Part shown: positions 47,001 through 59,706 of the stretch, one piece after another
Layout of the letters: the number at the start of each line of letters is the position of its first letter
How positions within the stretch are numbered: position 1 is the stretch's first letter
Origin: Saprolegnia diclina VS20
Lineage: Eukaryota
DNA length: 64,000 nucleotides
Assembly: GCF_000281045.1 (NCBI RefSeq)
Contig: NW_008246092.1
Coordinates: 146,853-210,852, forward strand
Direction of reading: 5' to 3'
The notes under the pieces: model-generated
What the model saw: the letters and a program-made list of their open reading frames with translations, nothing else
Told to the model about the DNA's origin: nothing
Databases searched by the model: none
Made by a program: the position numbers and the translations under genes

Positions 47001-49711
47001 GTCCGCCATGAGCGTCTGGTAGCTCGTCACCATGACGTTGAACTTGTAGATGCCCCGGCGCCGGTACGCGTCGTTCTGCCGGTAGTAAAACTCGTGCTGG
47101 CGGATGAACGCGCGCGTGTCTGAGCCGCCCTCCGAGTCGTGGTACACGACGCAGTTCATGCTCGTCCACGACTCAATCTCGCGCTTCCAGTTGCCAAGCG
47201 TTGCGAGCGGCGCGACCACGAGGAATGGCCCGCGAATGTGCTCGTGCTGCCGGAGGTGCTCGAGCATGACGGTCGCTTGGATCGTCTTGCCGAGACCCAT
47301 CTCATCGGCGAGAATGCAGTTGCGACGGTTGTACCAGCAAAACACCATCCAGTTGAGCCCTTCCAGCTGGTACGAGCGGAGCGTGTTGGCGTCGTTGTAC
47401 TTGGGCGTCTCTTGGTACTTGGCCCACTCGGTGGGCTACACGCATCCGACATGAGCATCGAAATCGCAAGAGAAATGCGTACCGGCGGGCGCACGTCTTC
47501 AAAGAATGACCGCGGCGCGTTGTCGACCATGGGCGGGTGGTTGTAGCGGTGGAACGTCGCAATCTTGCGGTCGTCCGTCACGTCCTCGGCCCACTCCCAC
47601 GTGCAGTCGGCGTACGAGAGGTCGCGCCACTTGATGAGAAACTTGTTGCCGTGGCGCAGCACCGTCTCGCCGAGCGCGTTGAGCACTGGCTCGGACACGC
47701 TGGGCATCATGTCGAGGATGCGGTCAATCTCGAGGTACGCCGACGGAAAGTACGTCGCGTTTTCTTCGCGCCGGTCGGTCGGGTTCAGGCGCGCGAGCTC
47801 GACCTCGCGAGCGTGCTTTTGCAGGTACCGGCGCATGCGCAGCACCGCGCCCTTGCCGTGCGCCTCCATGTCGGCGGTCGTCATCCACGTCGTGTGCATG
47901 TACGACGCCTTCTTCCACTTGATCAAGAATTCCATCGTCTGCACGAGCGCGTTGCTCGGGTCGTCGCAAAAGCGCATGCCCACAATCTTGTCCATCGCGT
48001 GCTTGTCGTCCTCTTCCTTTTGCGCGGCTTCTTCGCGCTTGCGCTTCTCGGCCTCGACGTCCTCTTCCTCGCCATCGTTCTCGGCCACCTCGCTGTAGCG
48101 CTTGGTCTCTTTGCCAGCGTTGCGGCGCGACCGACGCACGTCCTAGTGGACGCATGAGACGTTGGAACTGCAGGAGTTCAAACTTTGTACCATGGGCGGG
48201 ATGACCTTCTTGGGCTCAAAGTTGCCGTCGCCGTCGTCGTCGCCACCGTCGTCGTCGTCGTCGTCCGAGTCGTCGTGCTTCTTCCGGCTGCGCTTTGGCC
48301 GCGGGCGGCCGGCTTTTTTGTTTTGGCGCGGCGGCTGCTCGTCGTTGAACGTCTTCTTGCGCGACCGGTCCTTCGGTTGAATGTTAAAGTCGAGCGGCAG
48401 CGCGCCTTTGAGCGCAATGCTAAGGAGCTCGTTCGGGATGCCGTTGCCGCTGGTGCTAAACTTGAAGACCATGATCTGCGACCGCAGCTGCTCCTTCTGC
48501 TCGACCGTAAACATGGCGTGGAGGATCGTCTTGCGCACGGGCGGCTGCTGCTTCATGGCGTGCATCTGCTGCATCTGCGCGGGCGTCATCGCCATCTGCG
48601 CTTGGCTCCGGCACGCCGGGTGCATAAACTTGAGCGCGCCTTGGCCATACGTCCGGTAAATGTACGTGTTGTACGCTTGCGCCGCGAGGTACTCGCTCTG
48701 GTACTCGCCGAGGCTCTGGATGTGGTTCTGCGCCGACTTGACCTCGGCCGACCACCGGTTCGGACCGTGGTAGCGCACGCCCAAGTACGCCTCGCCGGGC
48801 GCATACACCTTGCCCGACGTGCCCGTCCCGTTCGGAATTGCGTCGTTGTAGTAGCCGGCCCCTTCTGGGCGGTTGTGGCGCCGGAAGCGCAGCGTCGCGG
48901 GGGCTTCCGACTTGAGGAGCGGCACGACCTTCTTGAAGTCCTCGGCTGTCTGGAGCACGATGCCGTCGACTGCGACGAGGTCGTCGCCCACGTGGATCAT
49001 CCCGCACATCTCGGCCGGCCCCATGACGCCGGGTTGCGGCTGGCGAAAGCCAAGCACCGAGATGCTCCCGAGCTTGACGCCCATGTTCATGCAGAGACCG
49101 TACGAGCCTTTCTGGAGCGTGACTTCAAACTCGTACGAGGCGCCGTACGGCATGGGCGCGCGCATCGGCGGCGCGTTGTTCATCGCCATGTGCGGGTGCT
49201 GGATCTGCGGGAGCTGTCCGTACGGCGTCGGGTGGCCCATGTTGGCGTAGTGCATGCCGCCGCCGGCCTGATGGTGCATCTGTTGTTGCGGAAACATGGA
49301 CTGGGCGCCCATGTGCATCGGGTCGGCCATCGGGTTGCGCATCGGCATGCCCATCATCGGGTTGGGCATCGCACCGCCGTTCGCCATCGACGGCATGTAC
49401 CCCATGGGCATCTGCATGCCGGGAAGCTGGTTGGGCACCTGCAGCGGCGTCATCGGCAGCGTGGGCACTTGCATCGGCGGGTAGTCCTGGGGCTGCCCCG
49501 TCGGCGCCGACGCGTGGTGGCCGTCGGTCGCGCCTTCGTTCCACGAGTAGCTTGGCCGGCTGATGGGCGACGGCTCTATCGAGGTCGGCTCCGCGTGGCT
49601 GAAGGACGTCGTCGAGGACGTCGGCGTCCCTTCATGCATGGGGATGTACGCATGGGAGGACGATGGCTCCATCGGCGGCTGGTAGCCTCCTCCTGGCTGC
49701 TGCTGTTCCAT
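44046..49711 (-). CDS. CHD6-9/Kismet-type chromatin remodeller: PDZ-AP2-QLQ-2x chromo-SNF2-HelicaseC-AT-hook-PZP, multi-exon
   Basis: ILADEMGLGKT, IDEAH, MTGTPLQN, LRKCCNHP, DSDWNPQNDLQAVARCHRIGQ; chromo FLIKWK..SYMHTTW and FLIKWRDLSYADCTWE; PHD CRVC...CEKC..AVH and WVHVVCALW...FHPLC. Intron 48143-48190 joins the N-terminal exon in frame. Confidence 0.9.
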
Positions 49712-50562
49712 GGTGAATGGCGTAGTGGTCCAAATTAAAAAACAACCGAATAATATTACCCATACAAACTTCACTCATTTAATTCGCAACATTAATTTTC
49801 CGCATTTTCGCACGAAGCGCCCAAAATAATACACGCGTCGTTCGTGGCCCGCGCGCCCGCGAATTCGCATTCTACATACAAACACCTAGGTATTTAATAA
49901 AGTGGCACGGGAATCTGTGCATAAAAATAGTATTTTATTTCGCACCGCCGACAAAAAAAGACGTTGCATGCTGTGGCCAAACCAACCACGCGGCCAATCA
50001 GCGCGCAGTGCCAACGCGACTTGGCGCTGAAAAAGCCGCGAAGCGCGGAATTTGAATTTGGACCGAGAACGACGCGTGAGCACGGCTGTGGCGCCCGCCG
50101 CCACGGATGACGTCGTCGATGTGACGGCAATGTACGGTCATGGCCTCTTCCTTGCTAAGGTACGAAGCACTGGGCCAAAGGAGACCATGTGCAACGCAGA
50201 TTTGGCGGGCGAGGAAGAGGATGATGCATGTCAAGACAAGGGATGATGGGAGGCATACGTCAAGAAGACGGCGACGTGTGGCCATGTGGTATCTATGCAC
50301 AGCGCGACATGGCGTCTGCACTTTCGTGGACACATTGTGCGATGCCACGTGCGATCCACACCCCGCACCTGATTCGCCACCGTCGAGGATCGTAGGTTGG
50401 CGCTTCCACTGCCTTTCTCGTCCTCTGTGCGAGGACTTGATCAGTGAGACACATGTGCACCTGTGATATCTTCCTTCAACGAGCACGCTCGCGCAACATC
50501 ATGGACGAACGATATCGTTTTGGGATGGATAGAAAGCCACAAATGAACTCGAGAATTGGCGT

Positions 50563-51981
50563 CTAGAGAGGGAGTCGGTGCATGCGGCGAAGCACGTCCA
50601 GCGCAATGGGCGGCGATGCGTTTCCGTGCACCGCGCCACCCGACGACGACGTTGGCCGACGCCGAGCGTCGGGCGCGTGCAAAAGATACTTGGCCACACG
50701 CTGTTTGGTCGAAAAGTTGAGTGGCGGCAGACAGCGCAGCCGGCACGCCTCGGTGGCGACGCCTTGCCCGAACGCATGGCGCACATCCTCCGTGCGTCCC
50801 GCGGCCGCGTACAAAAGACCGAGTGCGTACCATGCCTCAGGCACCTTGCGGTGGTCGCGCGGCGCAGCGCGGACGTAACTCTCATAGGCCGCGACAGCGG
50901 AGGCCACCGACGCGAGGCCTGTCCCGAGTAGCTTTCGAAGGCACGCTGCACGCTCGTAGCACCACGTAAGCGTCTCGTTGGCGGTGGCACTTGCCGCGAC
51001 AGCGATGGCCTTTGTGAAAGATCGCAGCGCACTCTCGTACTGGCCCGCAGACGCATAGACAGCGCCGAGCGCGTGATGGAAGGCGGCGTCTGTTGGGTGC
51101 AGCGTCGTGCAATGGAGCCAATAGAGTGCCGGTGTGGCCTTAAAGCCGTAAACACCCTCGACATACAGTGCATTGGCGTCCGAGGGGTCGGCGATCAGGA
51201 CGCGCCGCGCCGCTTGCTGCACGCGCACGGCCACCTCCCGCGGCACATCCAGCGGATGCCACAATCGATGGGCCTGGCGCACGGTCGCGATCCCGCGGGT
51301 GATATCGCCAGCCTCGAGCCAGTGAACACCCGCCTTGAGCGTCGTGTAGCCTTGGACAAAGTCGCGGGCCACCGACGACCCATTTTTGCTTTGCGCAACC
51401 ATCTCGGTGAAAACGTCGCCAAAGGATTGCGATGACGCGTCGTCATCATCATCGTCATGCGACTGGAACCTCTGGACACGACCCGAGACCGAGAGCGTCC
51501 CCGTCGACCACTTTTGCAGCCGTTCCAGGGCGCATATCTTTTCACCGATCGCAAGCATATGCTTGGCGCCCGCCACGTCCTCGTCCGAGATCTGGTTGCC
51601 GCTGTGGAGACGCGCTCGCTTGAGCCAGCGCAGCGCCATCGATTTGTCACGACTGCAGCCGTGGCCGAGCGCGAGGAGCGTGGCCAGTAAAAGTTGCGCC
51701 TCGGCGGCGCCGCGCTGCGCTGCGAGAAGCGTCCACTGGTAGCCTTCGTCGTGTCTTCCCGGCGCCTGCACGAGTTGGGCACCGAGTCGAACCTGGGACG
51801 CTAGGTGTCCGCTCGCGGCAGCGTCCGTGATGCTCGTCGTCTTGTGCTCAACCTCTCTCGGCTTTGTCGCGAGTTTCTCGGTGCTGCATGTCGCGTGGGC
51901 GGGGTTGTTGCTGTCGGTCGTTGCCGTCGTGCAGGTACCAAGGGTTGCCACTGAGAGGCAAAACACCTTGGCGTTGGTCAT
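50563..51981 (-). CDS. Sel1-like/TPR repeat protein (5' end uncertain)
   Basis: AASGHLASQVRLG, AAQRGAAEAQLLLA...GHGCSRDKSMALRWLKRA (Sel1); HHALGAVYASAGQYESALRSFTKAI (TPR). Confidence 0.75.
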   Translation of the reverse strand: MTNAKVFCLSVATLGTCTTATTDSNNPAHATCSTEKLATKPREVEHKTTSITDAAASGHLASQVRLGAQLVQAPGRHDEGYQWTLLAAQRGAAEAQLLLATLLALGHGCSRDKSMALRWLKRARLHSGNQISDEDVAGAKHMLAIGEKICALERLQKWSTGTLSVSGRVQRFQSHDDDDDDASSQSFGDVFTEMVAQSKNGSSVARDFVQGYTTLKAGVHWLEAGDITRGIATVRQAHRLWHPLDVPREVAVRVQQAARRVLIADPSDANALYVEGVYGFKATPALYWLHCTTLHPTDAAFHHALGAVYASAGQYESALRSFTKAIAVAASATANETLTWCYERAACLRKLLGTGLASVASAVAAYESYVRAAPRDHRKVPEAWYALGLLYAAAGRTEDVRHAFGQGVATEACRLRCLPPLNFSTKQRVAKYLLHAPDARRRPTSSSGGAVHGNASPPIALDVLRRMHRLPL

Positions 51982-52674
51982 ATTTGGACAAATCGAAAAT
52001 GCAGTAAGCAGGTCATGCGCCAAGCTCACCGTGGCCGCCACACGGACGGTCATTTGTTCCGTGGAACGTGCACCGACGCTTCGAAGCTTGTTCCGGCATA
52101 CGGTCGCCGATTCACCACGGCAAGCAGCCTGTCAGGCTGACATGCCCACGCCGCCGTCTCGTACCGGTACTACGGCAGTGTCGTCGTGGCAATGACAGGC
52201 GTTTCTGCCAATGATGGGTCGTGATACTCGACGATCGTAGTGTCGTGGGCGAGGAGGCGCTGCGCCAAGCGGCGCGGCGCGGCATGGCACAGCACCCTGT
52301 AACTGTGTCAACAGCGGCATTTCCAAGAACTTCCAAGTCTCTAGACACTCCTCCACTCGATCTGCAGCTGGGGGCGCTATGTCCAAAGCTGATATGCGCG
52401 GGTCAAGCTGTCGACTCTCCCGCCGATTTGTATCGTACTCGAGTCAAGGCTGCACCCCCTATACAGCTATTAATACATGGTGGTTTACCTTCCCAACTTC
52501 GTCGATGGAGCTCGTCCCCAAGTTCAGTCGTGCTGTGTGGGTTGACGCTGGATACTGGCCGCATGCGCCAATCACAAGGCCGCGTTTTTATCCGGTGGGT
52601 TTTATCCGGATACAGGATTGTGACCGCCATCCCGCAACAGAGACGCCGGAGCTGTCCGCGACCGAATCGCCTCG

Positions 52675-54126
52675 ATGCACGCAGTCCGCGCCTTCTGCTG
52701 CGCATTGCTGATAGCCGCCAGCGCTGCCACGTCATTCAACCGGCAAGAGCTGCCGATGCACCGGCGCCTAGCAACGTCGAGCGTCGACCTCACCAACCAC
52801 GACGGCACGCAGTACTTGGTCAACCTCGCGATCGAAGGCAAGACGTACACCGTACAGATTGACACTGGCTCGGCCGACCTCTGGGTCGCCTGCGACTATG
52901 TCTCGTCCTCAGCATGCGTAAGCCCATGCCCGTCGACGGCTACGACCATCACGTACGGCAGCGGCAGCGCGTGCGTCGTGCCCCAGAAAGGGTCCATCGC
53001 GATCGGCAGCGTCGCCTTCTCGAATGGCGTGTACGGCATCGCCATGTCGAGCAGCGTTCCCACGAATGTGAGTCAAGGCATCTTGGGGCTGGCCTTCCCC
53101 GGCCTCTCGTCGTACGGGTCCTTCGCCAACACGTCGTGGTACGCAGTCTTCCACCTCGACAGCTTTAGCATGTACTTGACGCCCAAAGTCGATGCGCCGG
53201 GCTCCAAGCTTGTGCTAAACGGCGTCGACGACGCCATGGTCGCCAAGGACAGCCTCGTCGGGTACACGATCCCGCTCGCAACCGGCGAACAAGACTACTG
53301 GAACATCAACGTCTCGCAGTTCCTCGTCCAAGGCGGCAGTGTCGCGTGGGACCAAAAGCCGTGCAAGAACGGCGGCTGCCTCGCCATTGTGGACTCGGGC
53401 ACGTCGTTCTTGGCCATGCCCAAAGCCGTCTTCCAGCCCGTACGTCATCACCCTTGGCGCACCGATGTACGATTTAGTGTTGATTAGTTTGTCGCCACGT
53501 ACCTCCTGCCATACAACTGCGTCTTTCGAGGCGAGTACTACACGTGTCCCAAGACGATCGCGCTCCCACGCCTCGCGTTTGCCTTCGGCGAGAGCGCGAC
53601 GCTGTTCAACCTCAATACGTGGGACTACGCGCTCGTCTTCTCGCCGACCGAGATCATTGTGCAGATCCAAGCGTCGCCGTCCGGACGCCTCGTCGACCGC
53701 TGGATCCTTGGCGACACCTTTCTCAAGGTCTACTACACGACGTACAAGGTGTCGGAGAAGGCGGTCGTGTTCTACTGCAAAAGCGGCAACTGCGCGGGCG
53801 GCAACAACGTCCTCGATTTTTCAGGTACTACCTTTGCAACCGGCATATGTGCTCACAAGATGCAGCGGACATGCCAACCTGGGCGCTCATTCTGATCATT
53901 GCGGGATCCTCCCTTGTCGGCCTCGGGCTTCTTGGGCTGGTCGGCTGGTGCTACTACTACCGGCGCCGCCACGGTAACACTATTTCCGTGACATGGACGT
54001 TACTCTCAAGGCCCCACTGATGTAGGCACGTCGAAGCGACCATGTCAGTCGGTGTGGGTTGTCGATGACGACTCGTCGTCCGAGGAGACGGGAGCGTCCC
54101 ACGCCTACGGCGCAGCCTCGAGGTAG
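52675..54126 (+). CDS. Pepsin-like (A1) aspartic protease with signal peptide and C-terminal TM helix, copy 1
   Basis: IDTGSADLWV, YGSG, GILGLAF, IVDSGTS, WILGDTFL; hydrophobic WALILIIAGSSLVGLGLLGLVGW followed by RRRH. Confidence 0.92.
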
Positions 54127-54523
54127 TCGCGACCAAGGGTATATAAGAGATGCATCTCTCACCCTCTTTGAGATGCCAAGGTATATACCCTTGTCGCAAT
54201 GTGTCAAATTTCAAAATAGACACACTATTTCTCGTGAGAAAGGACAGTATCGTTGCAAATAGTGACATCGACAGCTGGCGTGTTGCTTGCAATATGCACA
54301 GTAGGGTAAAGTGAGTCAATTGCAAAAAACGGGGCAAGACGCTGCGTTTTACAAGCGTGTACCGATGTTTAAACAGAAAAACGTAGAAAGACGTCACAAG
54401 CCGACGAACGCAATCCCACCCTTTTGGCATCCAGCAGCCAAGTTCAAGCATGCTGCGGCTTTGTGAACATACTCGGTTCCGCCCCCGACGCCACCCACGG
54501 TCCAACACCCGTACTTGACCGCT

Positions 54524-55901
54524 ATGCTCGCCCGGCTTGTTCTCTTGCTTGGCCTCGCCATGGCCGCCGCCTTGCCGCGGCTCGCGCTGCCCATAACCCG
54601 CCAGCCGCGGGTGCTCAGCACCGCCGCCTCGACCGTCGCGATTCAGAACCACCTCGCGACACAGTACATTGTCCGCGTCTCCATCGAAGGCAAAGACTAC
54701 AACGTCCAAGTCGACACGGGCTCGGCGGATCTCTGGGTCGCGTGCACGGCTGTCTCGAGCGCCTCGTGCGTCTCGCCGTGTCCCGCCGGCGGCGTGAGCA
54801 TCTACTATGGCAGCGGCGATGCGTGCCTCCTCCCCAAGCGCGGCGCCGTCGCGCTTGGGAGCCTCGCCCTCACCGATGGCATCTACGGCATTGGCATGGC
54901 CAACAACGTGCTGACGAACGCCACAAACGGCATCCTCGGGCTCGCGTACCCGGTGCTCTCAACCTTCAACGCGACCTCGAACGCGTCGTACCTCGTGAGC
55001 CACCTCGAGAGCTTTAGCATGTTCTTGACGTCCGTGCCCGACGCCTCCGGGTCGTCCTTGATCCTCAACGGCGTCGACGACGCGCTCATTGCCAAGCAGA
55101 GTCTCGTCGGCGTCACGGTGCCGCTTGCGGCCAACCAAACGTCGCACTGGAACATCCTCTTGGAGAGCTATAGCACCAACGACAACAGTACATCGCCGTG
55201 CAAAAACACCGTCAACGGCTGCATCGCGGTCGTCGACTCGGGCACGACCTTTCTCTCAATGCCCCGCTTCCTCTTCGTGCAGGTAGCTTCACAGTGTGCT
55301 TGTATGGCCTGTCCTCAGCACGCATATCTAGTTTGCGTCGACGTACCTTCTGCCGCAGCAGTGCGCGTGGCAAGCGTCGTACTATGTGTGCCCCAAGGAC
55401 GTCAAGCTGCCGCGCCTCGGGCTCAAGCTCCACGGCACCACCTTCTACCTCAACGCGTGGGACTACTCGATGGTGTTTTCCGAGACCCAAATCCTCATCC
55501 AGCTCCAAATGACGCCGCCCGGCGGCTCGTCGGGCGACCGCTGGATCCTTGGTGATACGTTCCTCAAGGTCTACTACACGTCGTACCTCGTGCACCAGCA
55601 AGCCGTCACGTTTTACTGCCCGAACGGCAACTGCGGCGGCGGCACCAACGTCCTCGACTTTTCTGGTGCGTTCGCTTTGTGGATTCTGAAATCTGATTGT
55701 GGACGTATGTTGGCAGGCAAGTCGCCCAACTGGGCACTGGGCCTCTTCATCGGCGGCGGGTGCTTGATCGGTCTCGCGCTACTTGCACTGCTGGTCTACC
55801 GCTGCAAGAAGCGGCGAGGTAGCGTCGATAACCTCCCGACTCTCTCTGACGTGGATCCTGTAGCGGCGGCGGCGGCGGCGTATGTCAACCAAGAAGTCTA
55901 G
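54524..55901 (+). CDS. Pepsin-like (A1) aspartic protease with signal peptide and C-terminal TM helix, copy 2
   Basis: VDTGSADLWV, YGSG, GILGLAY, VVDSGTT, WILGDTFL; TM WALGLFIGGGCLIGLALLALLVY followed by RCKKRR. Confidence 0.92.
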
Positions 55902-55958
55902 TGTAGTAGCACGCATAGGTTGTTATTGATCTATTCCAATTGTAAAATTTGCACACGT

Positions 55959-58507
55959 CTACAGCAAAAGCAGCGCGAGGTGGCCCCACGAGACAGCGCG
56001 CGGCTCACTTGCGGCGGGGACATGCCAGCGCTGCCGGCGCGGCTTGCGGAGCAGCGACCGACGCAGTGTCGAGAGCGACGCGAGGCTCGCATACGCCGGC
56101 GCCAGTTCAAACACCCGCGCGTCGTTGAGGACGACGTGACTATCGACGAGCGCGTGAAGGGCGACCTTGATGTTCTCCATGCTCATGGCCTCGTCGTGGT
56201 CGACCGCACCCAACGGCGTCTCCTTGTGGATCCACGTAATGACGTGGCGCTCGGAAAACTGATGGCGCTTCCCGAGATGCTTGTCGTTGAGGGGTGCAAT
56301 GTGCGTCTCGAGCGCGCGGAGGACGAGCGCGACAGCGTCCATGAACGGCCACAGGAGCGACGTGGCCAAGTGCACGAGCGGGTCTTTTGCGTACGCGGTG
56401 GTGTCCACAGAATAGACGCCGTCACGTAGGACGTGGATCGGTACAGAGCCTAGGAACGCTTGCATCTGCGACGTCTCGAGGGACTGCACCGATGCCCCGG
56501 GGCAGAGACGCTTGCACAGCGCCCATGGCAGTGCGAGGTCGCGTGTCACGTCGCGCAGTGTAAAGGTCGACGACGTGTACGAGGCGAGCAGCGTCGCCAG
56601 GCACATGTCGGGAACGAAGTGGTGCAGCAAGTGGTTCCGGTAATAGGCCAGACGCAGCATGCAGCTGGCATCGAGAGGCGTCGGTAGGAACGGCGCCGTC
56701 AAGGGCAGATCCAGCAAGCGCAATGCGTGGTCGAGCAGCGTCTCGAGGCTTGAGAACGGCGCAAGCGTCGCATCCCGGGTCACGAGCGTCGCCTGGAGCC
56801 AGCGCACTTGGGCCTCGAGCTGCGAGCGCGTCAAGGGCTCATCACGCGACGCAAGCAAGATCGTGGCGACCAAACACGTGCTCGTGATCGTCCCGGCCGT
56901 CTGCATGCGGCGAACAACCGACGCGCCGAGCTGCTCCATGGACGCCCCCGCTTGCATCGTGATCGGTGCACCGAGGCGGACGTAGCAAAAGCCGCACCGG
57001 TTGAAGAGCAGCGAGACGACCGATTTGAGGAGGTTCCAAATCGACTCTTTTTGCTTGGGCGTACCGAGGAGCTGCGCGACATAGTCGGGGACTTCGAGCA
57101 CCTTGTCGTAGTCGATCGAGAGGGGCACTACGACCACCGCTTTGTGCGGGTGTGCTTCCAGATAGGACGCAATCATGTGGAAGAAGCCAAATTTCGGCGA
57201 CAGAACGCGGCCGTGGCGCGACCGACCACCTTCGACAAACACTTCGAGCGGTGCGCCGTCGACCAAGAGCTGGTGGACGTACGACGTGAGCACTTCTTTG
57301 TACAGCGTGTCGCCCTGGAACGAGCGGCGGATGAAAAAGCTGCCGTTCGCGCGCAAGTAGCGGCCGACGAGCGGCAAGTTGAGGTTGTTGCCCGCCGCAA
57401 TGCGGGGCAGCGGAAGCCCGTACGCAAAGCAGACAAAGCTCACAATGAGGTAGTCCAAGTGCGACTTGTGGGTCGGCGTAAAGACGAGGCTTACGTCCGG
57501 CCCGAGGCGCGCGACGAGCTCTTGCAGCATCGTAATGGAGGCCGCGTCAATGTACAGACCGTCAAAGAGAAGACGCCAGCCCTTGCAGAGAATGTACCCG
57601 ATCGAACGCACCATGGGCAAAATCATTTCCGACCGCATCGTCCAGAAGAGCTTGCGGATCTTGGGCACAAGCGCGGAGGCGTCCGGCGCCCACTGCTCGG
57701 TTCCGTTGAGCGCCGATATGGCATCGATGATGCCACGTAAGTGCTTGACGCTCGATGGGCCAGTCATGACCTACAGCATGCGGTTGAGGAATGCGCAAGA
57801 CGATCTGCAAAATGTACCTCCCGCACATGCGGCTCGGTGGGCCCGCCACGCGCCACGAAGACGAGGTCCGAGAACCACGGACGCACGTCGCAGACTGTCG
57901 CGTAGAACGGCAGCTTGGGCTCCGTTGACGGCTCGTGGATATGCTGGCGCTCGGCCGTGCTGCAAAGGAGCCACTTTTCGTGCATCATGTTGACGAACTG
58001 GTCGTGCACCAAGAGGTCGGCGTCGGTGACGTCGGCTTCGGACGGACTTGAGCTTCGAAGCGCGGCGAGCTCCTTCATGGCGGCTGACAGAAGCGCGGGC
58101 TCGGCGGCCTTGAGGTCCACGTGCGCGATTGCGGCATGGTCGTCGATAAGCGTCGGCTTGTGCAGCATTTCGCGTGCGTGGAGCTGCTTTGTGGACGCCA
58201 TCGTGGACGTGAAGAACGCCGTCGTGAGCGCAAGCGTGTCGTTCGTGACCTTGAGCTTCTTGGAGCTGGCGGGCGGGCGAACGACAAGTGGCCGGCTGCA
58301 CTTGACGAGGTACTTGCGGTAGAACTGCTGGATGCGCAGGGCCGCGGTCGTTTCGCGAATCTCAATCGACTTGAGCGACGAGAGGCCCATTTTGAGCCGC
58401 CGGCCGGACGTCAAGACGCGGTCCGAGACCGACGTAGGCCGCTCCATGTTGGTCATCGGCGCCGGATCTCGCAGTGGGTGGGTGCAAGCCGTCGCCGCAT
58501 TGCTCAT
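55959..58507 (-). CDS. Glycerol-3-phosphate / DHAP acyltransferase (GPAT/GNPAT family), multi-exon
   Basis: PTHKSHLDY, AAGNNL, SFFIRR, FVEGGRSRHG, VPLSIDYDKVLE. Confidence 0.9.
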
Positions 58508-59040
58508 TTCGATGCGATGGCCTTGCTTTTAAAAGCGATGTTTAATTCTCACTTGAAATACGTATGTAACAACATGAAAACAATAAAAGCTTTGCCGCCA
58601 CGTGGCAGCACAAGCGAGAACTGCAATTTGCTCGCGCAGCTTCGAACTACGCAGGCAATGGCTGCCAACGCCCGTTGGAGTGCCGCTTCGAACTTCGATG
58701 TCGCCCAAGTTCGAATCTTGCGCTTGCCGTCAACACGACGGATGATGATGATTGTGCTACGAAACGTCGAGGGATCACGACGGCTTCCGCGCGTAATCGA
58801 CGAAGAAGGGGTGCGACCGAGTTGGACATATTGTCCATAGTACACGTCAGCGGAACTGCCGAGAGTCTAGTTGGTGGTTGCGAGACACCAACGAATACCA
58901 GTGTCCATGTTGGACTAGCCTCGATGCCAAAAGAAAGACGTTGTTTCCACCCCAATCCAAATTTGTGACTATCGACAATCATGTGTGCAGTTGTGGCTTT
59001 TTGCATAAATACGGTAAATAAAAGCAGCTAAGAACGATGC

Positions 59041-59706
59041 CTATTGGATGGTGCAGTCGCTCGTGGCGGCCACCGTGTCGCGGGCTGTGAGCGCCGACTT
59101 TTCCGGAATCGGAGTTTCGTTGGTTGCGACGTGCGTGGCGAGGTAGTTGAAGATCTTGATGTGCCCAAAGCGCTTGGCGTGGGCGAGCGCAAGGGGAGTG
59201 CACCCTTCGTCGCGGTGGCGGTGGAGGTACTTGACAATCGAGAGGCTGCCGCTCGACGCCGCCGCGTCCATTGCGGCTTGGCTGCACAAGCCCAAGTGGT
59301 GTTCATGGAGGAACTTGACAACGTCCAGGTCGCCAAGGCGGCACGCGGCGTCAATCGCATAGAGGTCGGCCGCAGCTTTCATCTTGGGGCAGCTGTAGCC
59401 GTCGGGAAACTCGCGCAACAGCAGGTGCACGCCTGCGGTCTTGCCGTCCGAGAGGAGCTTGAAGAGCACAAAGCAGCGGAACTCGCTGGCGTCGCCGCCG
59501 TTGACCATGGCGTACTCGGGCTTGTGGAGCTGTTGCCGGTACTTTTTGAAGATCCGAGCGAGCTCGCGCGACGTGCCGGCTTGATAGGCGGCAATGAGTG
59601 CCAGCAGATCCGGCTGCGTGAGGACATCCAGGACGGCTGTTTGTGGTCGCGCCGAGAGACTTTGGCGCGGCGACGATTGCTTGGCAGGGCGGAAGAGCGG
59701 CTTCAT
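59041..59706 (-). CDS. Short ankyrin-like repeat protein, paralogue 4 (221 aa, CaaX CTIQ)
   Basis: VLTQPDLLALIAAYQAG...FRCFVLFKL...AMDAAASSGSLSIVKYL...EGCT; ends CTIQ*. Confidence 0.85.
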   Translation of the reverse strand: MKPLFRPAKQSSPRQSLSARPQTAVLDVLTQPDLLALIAAYQAGTSRELARIFKKYRQQLHKPEYAMVNGGDASEFRCFVLFKLLSDGKTAGVHLLLREFPDGYSCPKMKAAADLYAIDAACRLGDLDVVKFLHEHHLGLCSQAAMDAAASSGSLSIVKYLHRHRDEGCTPLALAHAKRFGHIKIFNYLATHVATNETPIPEKSALTARDTVAATSDCTIQ

